DNA of 60,103 nt, filler included, from 8 parts of 8 records of this genome joined end to end with filler, not necessarily neighbours in it, one strand, 5' to 3'. Shown: positions 18,382 to 30,006, counted from the whole stretch's first letter. The notes: generated from the letters alone by a model not told the origin. Numbers and translations are program-made.

Positions 18382-20301
18382 ATGAATTCAACGAGCTTTC
18401 GCCTCCCTTTCTCCTGTCACTTCAGCGCCTTTTGTGCGTTTCTGCTCGTACTGGTGATGTACGGAACCCAGGTTATGGCTCAGGCAAATCCGACCCATTT
18501 TCCTGAATACAAGATCATCGCGGCTAATGTCGATTTCTGGGAGAAAGTATACTCAACCTATTCGGTTAATACCTCAATTATCCATGACCAGTATAACCTT
18601 GGCCGGGTCTACGCGACGGTGTCCCTGCTCGAAGATGGTTTTCCCAATGCACGCAAGCTTAACATCAAAAAGATCGAACAGGTCAAAAAGCATGTCAAGA
18701 CGATCCTGCTCCAGTTGTCCCGCGATCCCGCCCCGAAAACACGGGAGCAGAAACGCATCGCGGCGCTGTTCGGAAATACCGGCAATACGAAGATATACCG
18801 GAACGCGGCCGAGCACATTAGGGCCCAGCGGGGCCTGAAGGAGCGGTTCAGGGAAGGCGTTGTGCGCTCCGGATCATATATGTTCGAGTTGAAACGAATG
18901 TTCAAGGGCTACGGTCTGCCGGAGGATCTCGCCTACCTGCCCCACGTCGAATCTTCATTCAACCCAAAGGCATTCAGTAAATTCGGTGCAGCCGGCATGT
19001 GGCAGTTCACCCACACCACCGGCAAGGAATTTCTCACCATCAACTACATTATCGACGAACGCCGGGATCCCATCATTTCAGCACACGCCGCCGCACAATT
19101 CCTCAAACGCAACTATCAGCAGCTCGGGGCCTGGCCGCTCGCCCTCACCGCCTACAATTACGGACCGTCGGGCATGCAGCGGGCACTGAAACAGGAAGGC
19201 AGCTACCCGAACATTTTCAGGAACTACAACCAGGGGCACTTCAAGTTCGCGTCGAGAAACTTCTATTCAGAATTTCTGGCCGCGGTGAAGGCCGCCAAGA
19301 GACTCGAAAAATCCGGACTTGCCCTGGATCGCCCCCATATGACGGTGCGGGTAAAACTCCCGGCATATGCCAACGCACAGAAATTGAGCAGCTACCTCGG
19401 GATCACCACAAGTACGCTCAGGAAGTACAACCCTGCCCTGCGTGATCCGGTTTTCAAGGAAACGAAGTACATTCCCAAAGGCTACCACCTGAAGCTCCCT
19501 TATACATTCAACAACAGCGCGATCCTTGCCTCGGCCCCGAGTTCGATTTTCAGTGCAAGCCAGAAACGCTCAAAATTCTACCGGGTCCGTCCCGGCGACT
19601 CAGCCGGAGCCATTGCCCGGGCCCACAAGATTTCACTGCAATCGTTGATCAGTGCCAATAATCTCAACAACAAAGCCTTCATCCGGGTCGGGCAGAACCT
19701 GAGGATACCCTCGAATAGCAGTGACAACGAGATCAGGAAAACATCAGTCTCGGCGGTACGCAGCCCGATACTCAGGGACACCAAGAAACTGCCTGCGTCG
19801 GGAGACACAACAGCCTCGACCGCCGCAGCCTATCCGAAGCCGGATGTAACGGTAGCAGGCAATCTGAAAGTCTCGACACTCAAGAAGACCAATAATCTCC
19901 TGACCGGCACGATAGAGGTACAGCCGGACGAATCAATCGGCCTGCTCGCGGACTGGCTCAAGGTCACTCCAAACTCCATCCGGGTCGCAAACAACCTCCC
20001 GAAAGCCGGTTCCATCCGACCGGGACAGAAAATCAAACTCGACTTCATCAATACCAGCGTCGCCTCTTTTGAAGAAAACCGTTTCGACTATCACCAGGAG
20101 ATACAGGAGGATTTCTTCGACTCCTACAGGATCGTAAATATCAGCAGCTACCGGATTCAATCCGGCGACACCCTCTGGGAGATCTGCCGAAATAAATTCG
20201 ATATCCCCCTCTGGTTGCTGAAAAAGTACAACGACAGCCTGAATTACGACAGACTCGACCAGTCAGGCAATCTGAACATCCCCATTCTCAAGGAAATATA
20301 A
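18382..20301 (+). CDS. Lytic transglycosylase (SLT/MltD-like) with LysM domains
   Basis: PHVESSFNP, GAAGMWQF, ALTAYNYG; LysM motifs YRVRPGDS and YRIQSGDTLW. Confidence 0.9.
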   Translation: MNSTSFRLPFSCHFSAFCAFLLVLVMYGTQVMAQANPTHFPEYKIIAANVDFWEKVYSTYSVNTSIIHDQYNLGRVYATVSLLEDGFPNARKLNIKKIEQVKKHVKTILLQLSRDPAPKTREQKRIAALFGNTGNTKIYRNAAEHIRAQRGLKERFREGVVRSGSYMFELKRMFKGYGLPEDLAYLPHVESSFNPKAFSKFGAAGMWQFTHTTGKEFLTINYIIDERRDPIISAHAAAQFLKRNYQQLGAWPLALTAYNYGPSGMQRALKQEGSYPNIFRNYNQGHFKFASRNFYSEFLAAVKAAKRLEKSGLALDRPHMTVRVKLPAYANAQKLSSYLGITTSTLRKYNPALRDPVFKETKYIPKGYHLKLPYTFNNSAILASAPSSIFSASQKRSKFYRVRPGDSAGAIARAHKISLQSLISANNLNNKAFIRVGQNLRIPSNSSDNEIRKTSVSAVRSPILRDTKKLPASGDTTASTAAAYPKPDVTVAGNLKVSTLKKTNNLLTGTIEVQPDESIGLLADWLKVTPNSIRVANNLPKAGSIRPGQKIKLDFINTSVASFEENRFDYHQEIQEDFFDSYRIVNISSYRIQSGDTLWEICRNKFDIPLWLLKKYNDSLNYDRLDQSGNLNIPILKEI

Positions 20302-20344
20302 GCCGACGGTACCCGTGCGGCCACCAACAAACAGTGGAGCAACA

Positions 20345-20707
20345 ATGGATATATCAAGAACGATCGCAGAGATGAAAGCACGGCCCGATTTTGCCGAAAA
20401 CGTCGGGATGGTCCTCGTCCACAACGGTACCGTCCGAGGCTGGTCGAGAGGCGACCGGGCGACGGTTACCGCCATAGAGGTCCAGGTCGACTTAGACCGG
20501 GTCAACGCGATCCGGGAAGAGATTTTACAATTGCCGGGGATTTATGATATCGTTATCGAGTCTCGATCCGGCCTGCTGAAGCCCGGAGACGACCTGCTGT
20601 TTCTCGTCGTTGCTGGTGATATCAGAGAACATGTGAAGCTGGCGTTATCCGAGTTGCTCGAACGGGTTAAAAGCGAGGCGGTCACGAAGCGGGAAGTAAC
20701 CGCGTAA
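20345..20707 (+). CDS. moaE: Molybdopterin synthase catalytic subunit MoaE-like
   Basis: VGMVLVHNGTVRG...LFLVVAGDIREHV...VKSEAVTKRE. Confidence 0.85.
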   Translation: MDISRTIAEMKARPDFAENVGMVLVHNGTVRGWSRGDRATVTAIEVQVDLDRVNAIREEILQLPGIYDIVIESRSGLLKPGDDLLFLVVAGDIREHVKLALSELLERVKSEAVTKREVTA

Positions 20708-20737
20708 TCATTACCTTCGAAGCGATTACCAGTCACG

Positions 20738-22197
20738 ATGGCTCTCACACCGAAAACTGAAGAAGTACAGGCTCAATCAGCAACAAAGACATTCGCGCTT
20801 TTCACGTGGGCCGACTCGGTCTCGCCGGAGGATCCGACAGTTGTTCGCTGGCTCCGGAAACTCGTCCGGATCGTGTTGATCTGTTTCAGGGAAATAAACA
20901 ACAACGTACTCACCATCCGGGCCGGATACCTCACCTACGCGATCCTCCTGTCGATGGTTCCGATGCTGGCAATGAGCACCGCAGTTGTAAAGGGCCTTGG
21001 AGGGGGGATCAACTCAGGGAAGTGGTCTACACCTACATCGATTCACTCGAGAGTTCCGCCGGTCTCGTTACAGAGAGCGTACCGCCGCCGGATCAGGGCA
21101 CACCCGACCCCGATTCGCCAGCACCTTCAGCCGGAGGCATGATCGGTCACCTCAGGTCCGCAGTCGATCAAATATTCGATTACGTTGACCGAACCAATTT
21201 TGCAACCCTGGGAACATTCGGCATGGTCGGTATTTTCTTTTCGGTGATCATGGTGCTTGGCCAGGTGGAAAAATCACTCAACGTGATCTGGAAAGTCCGC
21301 AACGGCCGGTCGTTTCTGCGCAAGGTCGCCGACTATCTGGCACTGATGATACTCATGCCGATCTCGTTGAACGTAGCGCTCGCGGCCGGCACCATGCTCG
21401 GGAGTCAGTCCCTCAACGTCCATGTCGACCGGTACCTGCCCGTTGCCTGGATCCAGACACTCCTGCTGAAGGGCGTGCCGATCGTGGTGCTCTCGTTTAC
21501 CCTCTACATCGTCTACATTTTCTTCCCCAACACGAAGACTCAGGGAAAGTCGACGATGATCGGCGCACTGGTCGCCGGCACCGGCTGGTTCATCACCCAG
21601 AATGTCTACATCAACATGCAGATCGGCGTATCGAAATACAACGCGATATATGGGTCCTTCGCAACAATTCCGCTGTTTCTTGCCTGGGTCTGGGTCGGCT
21701 GCCTGTTCGTATTGATCGGTGCCCAGATCGGCTACTCAATTCAATCGGAACCCACCTACCGGTTTATCGCCCGGACGCCCCGTCCGGTATTGCAGATCAG
21801 TGCTGCCCTGGATATCTGCGCACTGGTCGGGAGGCGATTCAGCGATATGCAACCTGTTTTTGCGACTGACATTGTTGAACAATGCCCGGGGTACAGCAAG
21901 GACGTGCTTGACGAGGTCTTCAAAGAGCTGATTTCAAATGACATCCTGCACCTCAAGGCGGACACCAATGAGATTATGCCGTCACTGCCTCCCGAACTCC
22001 TGGGCAGCCGCAAAATCGTTGAAACCGTTATGGGCAGGGATATGCCGGATACACCGGGGGGGCGAACCACCTTTCAGGCGATGGGCGGTATGGTCGAATC
22101 ATTTCCGGATCACGCCGACCAGAAAACAGAGAAGCCCCCGAAAAACGAGGGTGCAGAGACCGACAAGCCGGAACAAAGTAGTGAAGAGGGAAGATAG
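20738..22197 (+). CDS. YihY/BrkB family membrane protein, frameshift in G-run near 21002-21007
   Basis: RAGYLTYAILLSMVP in the first frame; YNAIYGSFATIPLFLAWVW in the second frame. Confidence 0.85.
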
Positions 22198-22235
22198 CAT
22201 ACCGGCAGGACACCGCCACGCTCTATCGTCCCAAT

Positions 22236-23768
22236 CTATTCGATCGATTCTGCCGGCGCCCCCGATTGTGCAGCGTTTCCACTCTGCCGAGCAGGCACAT
22301 CCAGGTGGCAGCACTCGGGCAGTTCCAGCGTGAATGTCGTCCCGACGCCGAGGGTGGAGTCAACAAGGATCCGGCCGTAATGCGCATTGATGATCTCGTT
22401 GCAGAAAATGAGACCGAGACCACTCCCCGTCTCCCCTCTGGTTCCCCGTCTGCTGGTCTTGATATCCGAACGGAAGAGATCCCGCGCAAAATCCCCGCTC
22501 ATCCCTTCTCCGTTATCCCTGACGGCGATACTCATCTGCCGATCCGGGTCGGGCAGGTACAATACCACCTCCCCTCCCCGATCACTGAACTTCAGCGCAT
22601 TTGAGATCAGGTTGTTGAGAACCACGAAGTACAGGTGCCGGTCGGCATACACCTCCGCATCCGGAGGAATTTCGTTGACGATGCGAATGGCCTTATCAAA
22701 TGCCGGGTGGATGAAATTCTGGATAATCTCCCGGGCCATCCGGTGGACATTAAAAAACGTCTTCTCCAGCTTGATGCCGCCGGTCTCGAACCGGTTCATG
22801 GACAACAGGTTATCGATCATCTGCAGCATACGATGACCGTTGATCGTAATGTTTTCGAGAAACTGCCGATGAATCTCATAATCGAAGTGTTCCCGTTCAA
22901 GAATTCGTTTGAGCATCTGGGTCATCGAGTGAAACGGTGATTTCAGGTCATGGGCGACCAATGCCACGAATCGGCTTCGCATCCCCATCGCCGATTCCGC
23001 CTGCTTTCTTGCCTCCTGCAGGAAGTGCTCAATGGATTTCTGCTCGGTGATATCTATCGCTATTTCCAGCTTCACCAGCCTGCCGTCAAACCATTTGATA
23101 GCCTGATCTTTCGCGCGATACCACTTCTTGTTGAACGGGTTCTGGTATTCCCACTGATACGGTTCCAGCGGCGTCCCGGGGCCCAACTGATGGCGTTGGC
23201 TGTTGCAGAAGAGGCAGGATTTATCTTCCGACGAGTGAATAAGCTGATGACACTGTTTGCCGACGGGGTCGAATCCGAACAGCTGACGTAAATAGTCGTT
23301 TGCGAACAGTATCTCGTGAGTGTCAAAATCAACGACATAGATGATCCCATCGATCGTCGATATGATTCCAGACAACAGTTCGTTCGTCTGCTTGAGACGG
23401 GCCTCCGCCTCCAGCCTTTCGGAAACCTCGCTGCTGAGCTGCCGGTTGCGCTCGTCGAGTTCACTGGTTCTCCGCGCGATTTTTTCCTCGAGGTCGGCCA
23501 GATGATCAATCTGCTCGATATACCGGTATTCCCGTTGAATGCGGGCCGAAATTCTGAACCGTGCCAGAAAGAAACAGACCACCCCGAAAAAAACGAGCAG
23601 CATCGCGGCGGCGAGGTGCAGAGGAATCGCATCGATCTTGTTGATCGACAGCAGAACGACGAGAAGCGCGACACCAACAAATGCCCACAGGAACATGAAC
23701 ACCGTCTGGCCGACAATGCCGGAGACGAACCGCCTGAACCAGTGCTGTCTATGGGCCTTCGCAGTCAT
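22236..23768 (-). CDS. PAS sensor histidine kinase
   Basis: Two TMs, PAS region, AHDLKSP H-box, NLISNALKF, DNGEG, GSGLGL. Confidence 0.92.
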   Translation of the reverse strand: MTAKAHRQHWFRRFVSGIVGQTVFMFLWAFVGVALLVVLLSINKIDAIPLHLAAAMLLVFFGVVCFFLARFRISARIQREYRYIEQIDHLADLEEKIARRTSELDERNRQLSSEVSERLEAEARLKQTNELLSGIISTIDGIIYVVDFDTHEILFANDYLRQLFGFDPVGKQCHQLIHSSEDKSCLFCNSQRHQLGPGTPLEPYQWEYQNPFNKKWYRAKDQAIKWFDGRLVKLEIAIDITEQKSIEHFLQEARKQAESAMGMRSRFVALVAHDLKSPFHSMTQMLKRILEREHFDYEIHRQFLENITINGHRMLQMIDNLLSMNRFETGGIKLEKTFFNVHRMAREIIQNFIHPAFDKAIRIVNEIPPDAEVYADRHLYFVVLNNLISNALKFSDRGGEVVLYLPDPDRQMSIAVRDNGEGMSGDFARDLFRSDIKTSRRGTRGETGSGLGLIFCNEIINAHYGRILVDSTLGVGTTFTLELPECCHLDVPARQSGNAAQSGAPAESIE

Positions 23769-24026
23769 AAATCCTCAACGCTTCCACAGAAATCCCCTCT
23801 CTGAAATTATTTCACACCGCCGCGTAAAAGTCCAACGACCAGATGCCCCTGCGGGAAACCGGAACGAGGACCAGCAATAAAATGTAATACCTCTGCGGGG
23901 GAACAGCAAATGCGGGTATCGGATCNNNNNNNNNNNNNNNNNNNNNNNNNNNNNNNNNNNNNNNNNNNNTTAATTAATTAANNNNNNNNNNNNNNNNNNN
24001 NNNNNNNNNNNNNNNNNNNNNNNNNG

Positions 24027-25214
24027 GATGAGATCGATAAGCTGGGCAGCGATTTTAGAGGCGACCCCTCATCTGCGCTTTTGGAGGCCCTCGATCCGGA
24101 GCAAAATGCCGAGTTCAGCGATCATTATCTGAATATGCCGTTTGATCTCTCCCAGGTATTGTTTGTCCTGACGGCCAACATGACCGACACCATTCCGTCC
24201 GCGCTTTTGGACAGAATGGAGGTCATCCGGATTCCGGGGTACACCCATGAAGAAAAAGAGGTGATCGCAAGAAAACATCTTTTGCCCCGTCAAGTTAGAG
24301 AAAACGGCTTGATTAGACGCTCCATCAAGATCAATGATGATGCACTGGATAAGGTTATTTCCGAATATACACTGGAAGCCGGCTTGCGAGAACTTGAGAG
24401 AAAGCTTGGCGCCATCTTGAGAAAAATTGCAAGGCAAATTGCCGAAGGAAAGAAAGGTAAATTCCTTGTCTCTAAAGAGGCGTTGACGGACTATTTAGGC
24501 CCTCCCATCTACCTTCCCGAATTGGATCAGGATGAGAGCCAGGCCGGACTTGTAACCGGGCTTGCTTGGACGGAGGTGGGCGGTGAACCCCTTTATATCG
24601 AAGTTTCCTTGTGTCATGGAAAAGGGGATCTTGCCGTTACCGGTCAGATTGGGGATGTGATGCAGGAGTCGGCACGGGCCGCATTTACCTATACCAAAGC
24701 CAACATGGATCGGTTTGAAATTGATCGGGATGATTTTGAAAATAAAGATATCCATATCCATGTCCCAGCTGGTGCTATTCCTAAGGATGGACCATCGGCA
24801 GGTATTGCCATGGCCACCGCCCTGATCTCCGTTTTGACCGGACGAGTTGTGGATAACAAGGTCGCCATGACGGGTGAAATCTCCCTAAGAGGGAGAGTCC
24901 TGCCCATTGGCGGACTTAAGGAAAAAGCCTTGGGAGCGCTGAGGGCCGGTATCAAGACCATTATTATTCCGGAAAAGAATCGTAAAGATCTGCATGAGCT
25001 ACCGGATAGTGTGAAAAAAAATATCGAGTTTATCTGCGTTCAAGAGTTGGATCAGGTTCTTGATATTGCATTTGTTGATTCCCGGGAAACTGCTGGAAAA
25101 AAAGAGAGAAAAGGTAAGGCGAAAAAGAAACCGACGCAAAAAAAGAGCAGTGAAAAACAATCGACTTCAAAAGGTAAGGCGCAGTCAACGTCAAAGGATC
25201 AATCAGAATCATGA
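24027..25214 (+). CDS. lon: Lon protease (5' truncated by contig edge)
   Basis: DEIDKLGSDFRGDPSSALLE, HIHVPAGAIPKDGPSAG, PIGGLKEK. Confidence 0.96.
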   Translation, partial: DEIDKLGSDFRGDPSSALLEALDPEQNAEFSDHYLNMPFDLSQVLFVLTANMTDTIPSALLDRMEVIRIPGYTHEEKEVIARKHLLPRQVRENGLIRRSIKINDDALDKVISEYTLEAGLRELERKLGAILRKIARQIAEGKKGKFLVSKEALTDYLGPPIYLPELDQDESQAGLVTGLAWTEVGGEPLYIEVSLCHGKGDLAVTGQIGDVMQESARAAFTYTKANMDRFEIDRDDFENKDIHIHVPAGAIPKDGPSAGIAMATALISVLTGRVVDNKVAMTGEISLRGRVLPIGGLKEKALGALRAGIKTIIIPEKNRKDLHELPDSVKKNIEFICVQELDQVLDIAFVDSRETAGKKERKGKAKKKPTQKKSSEKQSTSKGKAQSTSKDQSES

Positions 25215-25921
25215 GAATCCTTGCCGTGGATACTGCAGAGCAAAGCTGCTCCATTGCACTTGTCGAAGATGAAGTGCCCGTTTGTGAATCGTTCTTTCGA
25301 AGCAAATTGACCCACTCTCGCTCATTGATGGAGATGATTGCCCATATGGTGGAAGAGCGGGCTGGTTTGGTTATCAATGACATTGATGGGTTTGCCGTGG
25401 CCCAGGGGCCGGGAAGTTTTACCGGCCTTCGGATTGGAATCAGTGTGGTCAAGGGCTTAGCATACGCCCTTTCCAAACCGGCGGTCGGGATTTCAAGTCT
25501 GGATGGGTTGGCATGGCAGTTTTCAGAAGGGGAGACTTCGACGGTCTGTGCCATGATGGATGCCAAGCGAGGAGAAGTCTATTGTGCCTATTACCGTTTT
25601 AAAAATGGCCGGTTGTTGGAAAAAGGCCCGGAACAAGCCCTCACTCCCGAAAGAGCAGCGAAGATTGCCGAAGGGGATGATAATGGAGCTGGCCTGTTTG
25701 TCGGATCAGGGGCAGAAGTCTATAAAGATGCCATTCAAACTGTTCGTGGAGCGAAGGCTCGGTTTGCCCCACCATTTAAAAACGTAATAAAGGCCTCTGC
25801 ACTTGCCCATGCCCTTTTTCAGGGAGCACCAAAGCTCTCAAAAGAGCCAAACGCCATCAAGCCGGTCTACTTACGACGTTCCGATGCGGAGATAAATTAT
25901 GAGAAACGCAATTCATCATGA
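25211..25921 (+). CDS. tsaB: tRNA threonylcarbamoyladenosine biosynthesis protein TsaB
   Basis: MRILAVDTA, GPGSFTGLRIG, MDAKRGEVY, PVYLRRSDAE. Confidence 0.93.
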   Translation: MRILAVDTAEQSCSIALVEDEVPVCESFFRSKLTHSRSLMEMIAHMVEERAGLVINDIDGFAVAQGPGSFTGLRIGISVVKGLAYALSKPAVGISSLDGLAWQFSEGETSTVCAMMDAKRGEVYCAYYRFKNGRLLEKGPEQALTPERAAKIAEGDDNGAGLFVGSGAEVYKDAIQTVRGAKARFAPPFKNVIKASALAHALFQGAPKLSKEPNAIKPVYLRRSDAEINYEKRNSS

Positions 25922-25996
25922 GACGCTGTTCACTCTAACTAGTTGTTTTTCACGTGGATTGGGCCAGTTCTTTCGATGATTTGCATGGAGTGCTTG

Positions 25997-26025
25997 TTGA
26001 CAAAAAAAATTGGTTCTGTTAATCT
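25997..26025 (+). promoter_or_regulatory. Sigma70 promoter for pssA (TTGACA-17-TAATCT, extended -10 TG)
   Basis: Motifs and spacing read directly. Confidence 0.55.
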
Positions 26026-26157
26026 AACTCTTTGATGGTAAGTCAAGACGGACCCACAATCTATCTCTTGACTCAGACTATCACCGCAAGATGATCAAAG
26101 AGATGGACAAAATAAATTGGATGCTCAAGCCGTTAACCGGTGTAGAGGGTGGAAATC

Positions 26158-26933
26158 ATGCATAAAAACGATTTTAAAAAAGGGATTTACATTCTTCCCA
26201 ATTTGTTTACCTCGATGAATCTGTTTTGTGGGTTTTATGCCATCCTTTCTGCAGTAGATGGACGGTTTACACATGCTGCGATTGCCATCATCATTGGGGC
26301 TGTGTTCGATCTTCTTGACGGGAAAATTGCCAGAGCCACAAACACGTCCAGTCAGTTCGGAGTGGAGTATGACTCTTTGGCGGATCTCATCACTTTTGGG
26401 GTGGCCCCGGCACTGGTGATGTACCTTTGGGCGCTCAAGCCTTTAGGGCGATTGGGCTGGCTTGCCGGTTTCCTTTTTATGGGGTGCGGTGCCCTTCGTC
26501 TTGCCCGGTTTAACACCGTTGCCGCCTCCGGGGGAGTAGCAGTTATTTTCAAGGCCTTCCCATTCCGGCCGCCGCAGGTATGAATGTTTCAATCGTTTTG
26601 TTTTTAAGTCGAATCGGAGTGGATCCGGCAAGCTCCAAGCTCTTTATATTGATGATGCTCTATTCCCTTTCATTTCTCATGGTCAGCTCCATTAAATATA
26701 ATAGCTTGAAAAAGACCAATCTCTTCAAGAGCATGCGCTTCAACAAACTTGTCGCTGTATTACTTGTCTTGGTTTTGGTGGCGTATGAGCCGGGGATTGC
26801 CCTGTTTGGCGGAATGCTGATGTATGTATGTTCCGGTCCCCTATGTTTGATTTTGAGACTCAACGGCGGTAAAGACGAGGATACCATGTCTGAAGAGTTG
26901 GAAGATGAAATAGAAGATAACTTTTTGATTTAA
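26158..26933 (+). CDS. pssA: CDP-diacylglycerol--serine O-phosphatidyltransferase, frameshift in G-run near 26530
   Basis: ILPNLFT, DLLDGKIAR...FGVEYDSLADLITFGVAPA, LRLARFN; shifted frame resumes YFQGLPIPAAAG. Confidence 0.9.
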
Positions 26934-27124
26934 TTCGACAGGCTGAAATCTATAGAAACCTATCGATTCAAAACGATTCGGTAACCTATTTGAAATTTGG
27001 TGATGTATTTGAATTCACTTGATGGTTGGGAAAACCTTAAAAAAAGGGAAATCCAATGGTCTGGTGAATTTATTTTTTTAAGACCTTGAGTTGATTAAAA
27101 CTATTTGTATGGAGAAAAGATAAG

Positions 27125-27592
27125 TTGGAGCAGATACCAATTACTGTTGAAGGGTTTAAAGCACTGAAAGAAGAGCTTGAAAGATTGAAAACAGTTGATC
27201 GACCCGAAAATATAAAAGCCATTGAAACGGCAAGAGCCCATGGGGATCTCTCCGAAAATGCCGAGTTCGATGCTGCCAAGGAAAAACAGTCCTTTATAGA
27301 GGGCCGAATCGGTGAATTGGGGTATAAAATTGCCAGTGCAAAAGTGATTGATCCCGATACCGTTCCCAAGGATTCCATTCGATTTGCTTCAAGAGTTCTT
27401 CTTGAGAACCTTGACACCGGGGAAGAGGTGGAATATATGCTCGTAGGACAAGAAGAATCTGATATTTCAAAAGGTAGGATTTCGGTCTCATCTCCATTGG
27501 GAAGTGGGTTGATCGGAAAAAAGCCCGGTGATGAAGTGGCACTCCAAGCCCCCGGCGGGAAACGTACCTACGAGATTATTGAAATATTGTAA
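27125..27592 (+). CDS. greA: Transcription elongation factor GreA
   Basis: ARAHGDLSENAEFDAAK, ISVSSPLG. Confidence 0.96.
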   Translation: MEQIPITVEGFKALKEELERLKTVDRPENIKAIETARAHGDLSENAEFDAAKEKQSFIEGRIGELGYKIASAKVIDPDTVPKDSIRFASRVLLENLDTGEEVEYMLVGQEESDISKGRISVSSPLGSGLIGKKPGDEVALQAPGGKRTYEIIEIL

Positions 27593-27631
27593 GTTTCAAT
27601 TTGGAATAAATCAGGTTGGGAGGAACGTATC

Positions 27632-27829
27632 GTGGCACGAGTAACTATCGAAGATTGCTTGAAAAATGTACCCAGTCGTTTTGCTCTGGTTCATATGGCG
27701 GCACAACGGGTACGACAGATCCGGGAGGGGGCGGATTTTTTGATTAAATCCTCCAAAAATGAAGATGTCGTAACTGCCCTTCGGGAAATTGCCGCCGATC
27801 GGGTAGTGATAAAAGAGCACACCGAGTAA
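27632..27829 (+). CDS. rpoZ: RNA polymerase omega subunit
   Basis: [10 protein letters not shown]...[16 protein letters not shown]...ALREIA. Confidence 0.95.
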   Translation: MARVTIEDCLKNVPSRFALVHMAAQRVRQIREGADFLIKSSKNEDVVTALREIAADRVVIKEHTE

Positions 27830-27833
27830 TTTT

Positions 27834-28576
27834 TTGAAAAAAGGCGGCATTCAAAAAAAGGTAAGTCATGTCGTCGGCAGAGCCATACATGACTACAAAA
27901 TGATTCAGGATGGAGAAAAAATCCTGGTAGCCGTTTCAGGGGGCAAGGATAGCTTGACATTGCTGCAGGTGCTTTTTGAGCTGAAAAAGCGAGCTCCTGT
28001 GATGTTCGAATTGCTTCCGGTGTTTATCGATCCCGGATTTGAAGGGGCCCGGCAGAGCCCCTTGATGCTTTCATTAAACGTCGGATCGGCATAGATATTC
28101 ATATTGAATATACGGATCACGGCGTGTTGGCCCATTCAGAGAAGACCAACAGAGAAAATCCTTGCTTTTTATGTTCCCGGTTGAGGCGAAAGCGCCTTTT
28201 TGAAATCGCTGCGGAGCATGGGTGTAAAAAAATTGCCATGGGGCACCATAAGGATGATATCATTGAAACTCTTTTTATCAATATGTGTTATGCCGGTCGC
28301 ATCGGGACCATGACACCGTGCCAGCCGTTTTTTGGTGGGAAGATGACCCTTATCCGTCCACTTGCTTATGTGGAAAAAGATGAAATCGAAATGCTGGCTG
28401 ATCAATTGAACTTTCCAGATTTTATCAATCCGTGTCCCAGTGACGGGACGACAAAGCGGAGCGAGATAAGCACGTTTTTGAATGAGTTGTACACGAAAAA
28501 CAGGAATATAAAAGGTAATCTTTTTCGATCCATGGCAAATGTTCAAATGGATTATCTTTTAAAACAAACGCTATGA
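27834..28576 (+). CDS. ttcA: tRNA 2-thiocytidine synthase TtcA family, frameshifted near 28040-28100
   Basis: PP-loop [27 protein letters not shown] split over two ORFs. Confidence 0.85.
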
Positions 28577-29358
28577 TAGATATGCAAAAACAGCGGGATT
28601 ACCGGAATATCCCCATAGACAAAGTCGGCATTAAAGAACTTCGATATCCCATCAAAGTGTTGGATAAACGAAATGGAATGCAAGCCACCGTGGCACGAAT
28701 CAACATGTATGTCGATCTTCCGCATCAGGAAAAAGGAACGCATATGAGTCGGTTCGTTCAAATGCTGCACACCTTCCGCTCTCAAGTGTCTTTGGAGTCC
28801 ATCACGCATATTCTTGAAGATATGAAAAAAACCTTGGAGGCGCAGTCCTCTCACATCGAAATCACATTTCCCTATTTTGTGGAAAAGCTCTCTCCTGTCA
28901 CCGGATCAAAAGGGCTGATGGATTATACATGCTGTATTGTGGGCTCGTCGTGTTCCACAGACACTGGAAAAAAGAGTGACTTGATGTTGAGAGTGGGGGT
29001 GCCCATTACATCCGTTTGCCCCTGTTCAAAAGAAATCAGTCGGTATGGTGCCCATAATCAGCGGGGTGAGGTGCTGGTCAGTACACGCTTCAAAAAATTC
29101 ATCTGGCTTGAAGATATCATCGAACTTGTTGAAAATGCGGCATCCTGCGATGTGTTTTCCGTACTAAAGCGGGAAGATGAGAAGTATGTGACTGAACATG
29201 GGTATCAAAATCCAAAGTTTGTTGAAGACGTGGTAAGAGATGTGGCCAAAGAGCTGATGGAAGATGAAAACATCACCTGGTTTTCAGTCAGTGCCGAGAA
29301 TTTTGAGTCCATCCATAACCATAGCGCATATGCATATATAGAGAAAAGTAGGCGTTAA
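28573..29358 (+). CDS. folE2: GTP cyclohydrolase IB
   Basis: KGTHMSRF, SVCPCSKEIS, GAHNQR, NPKFVEDVVR, ESIHNHSA. Confidence 0.95.
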   Translation: MIDMQKQRDYRNIPIDKVGIKELRYPIKVLDKRNGMQATVARINMYVDLPHQEKGTHMSRFVQMLHTFRSQVSLESITHILEDMKKTLEAQSSHIEITFPYFVEKLSPVTGSKGLMDYTCCIVGSSCSTDTGKKSDLMLRVGVPITSVCPCSKEISRYGAHNQRGEVLVSTRFKKFIWLEDIIELVENAASCDVFSVLKREDEKYVTEHGYQNPKFVEDVVRDVAKELMEDENITWFSVSAENFESIHNHSAYAYIEKSRR

Positions 29359-29397
29359 AGGGGATTCTCATTCTGGAGGGGGGCGGAAGTTGTAAGG

Positions 29398-29859
29398 TTA
29401 CTTCCGGTTTTCAGCGGCGATCACCCGACGCCATAGCGTTTTTTTCAGTTTAGAATACCCTTTCCCCTGTTGATTGACCATGATGACAAACGGATACAAG
29501 CCCCGGGGGTTTTGAAATAACCACATCGTGTTCTGATACCATGAAGTGTTCCGGTTTTATAAAATTCTCCGTATTCACTGTCCCTTAAATTCTTCGATGA
29601 ATTTCCCTCATTTTTTTGCCATGACATCAACTGATGATGCGGCATAAATTCAACCAATATCTTTAGCATCTCCATCGGAGACACTCTATTTTTTCTGGAA
29701 AGCCCCGAGCCCTCTTCAAGTCTTAGGGCATCGAGTCCAAGCTCCTTCTTTGCATAGGCGATTCCCGCCGTGATCCCTTTTTCAATGGTAGCCGGACGGC
29801 CCATACTTCGGGCGCCGCACGTAAGAAAAAGCTGATTGGCAATGAAATTGTTGGAGTAT
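29398..29859 (-). CDS. dacB: D-Ala-D-Ala carboxypeptidase (peptidase S13), 5' truncated, frameshift near the 3' end
   Basis: SNNFIANQ, EGSGLSRKNRVSP, KTGTL. Confidence 0.8.
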
Positions 29860-30006
29860 NNNNNNNNNNNNNNNNNNNNNNNNNNNNNNNNNNNNNNNNN
29901 NNNTTAATTAATTAANNNNNNNNNNNNNNNNNNNNNNNNNNNNNNNNNNNNNNNNNNNNTTTTTGAGGAAAAAAGAGGCTAACAATTCAGCTACAAGCTA
30001 GTTTTT

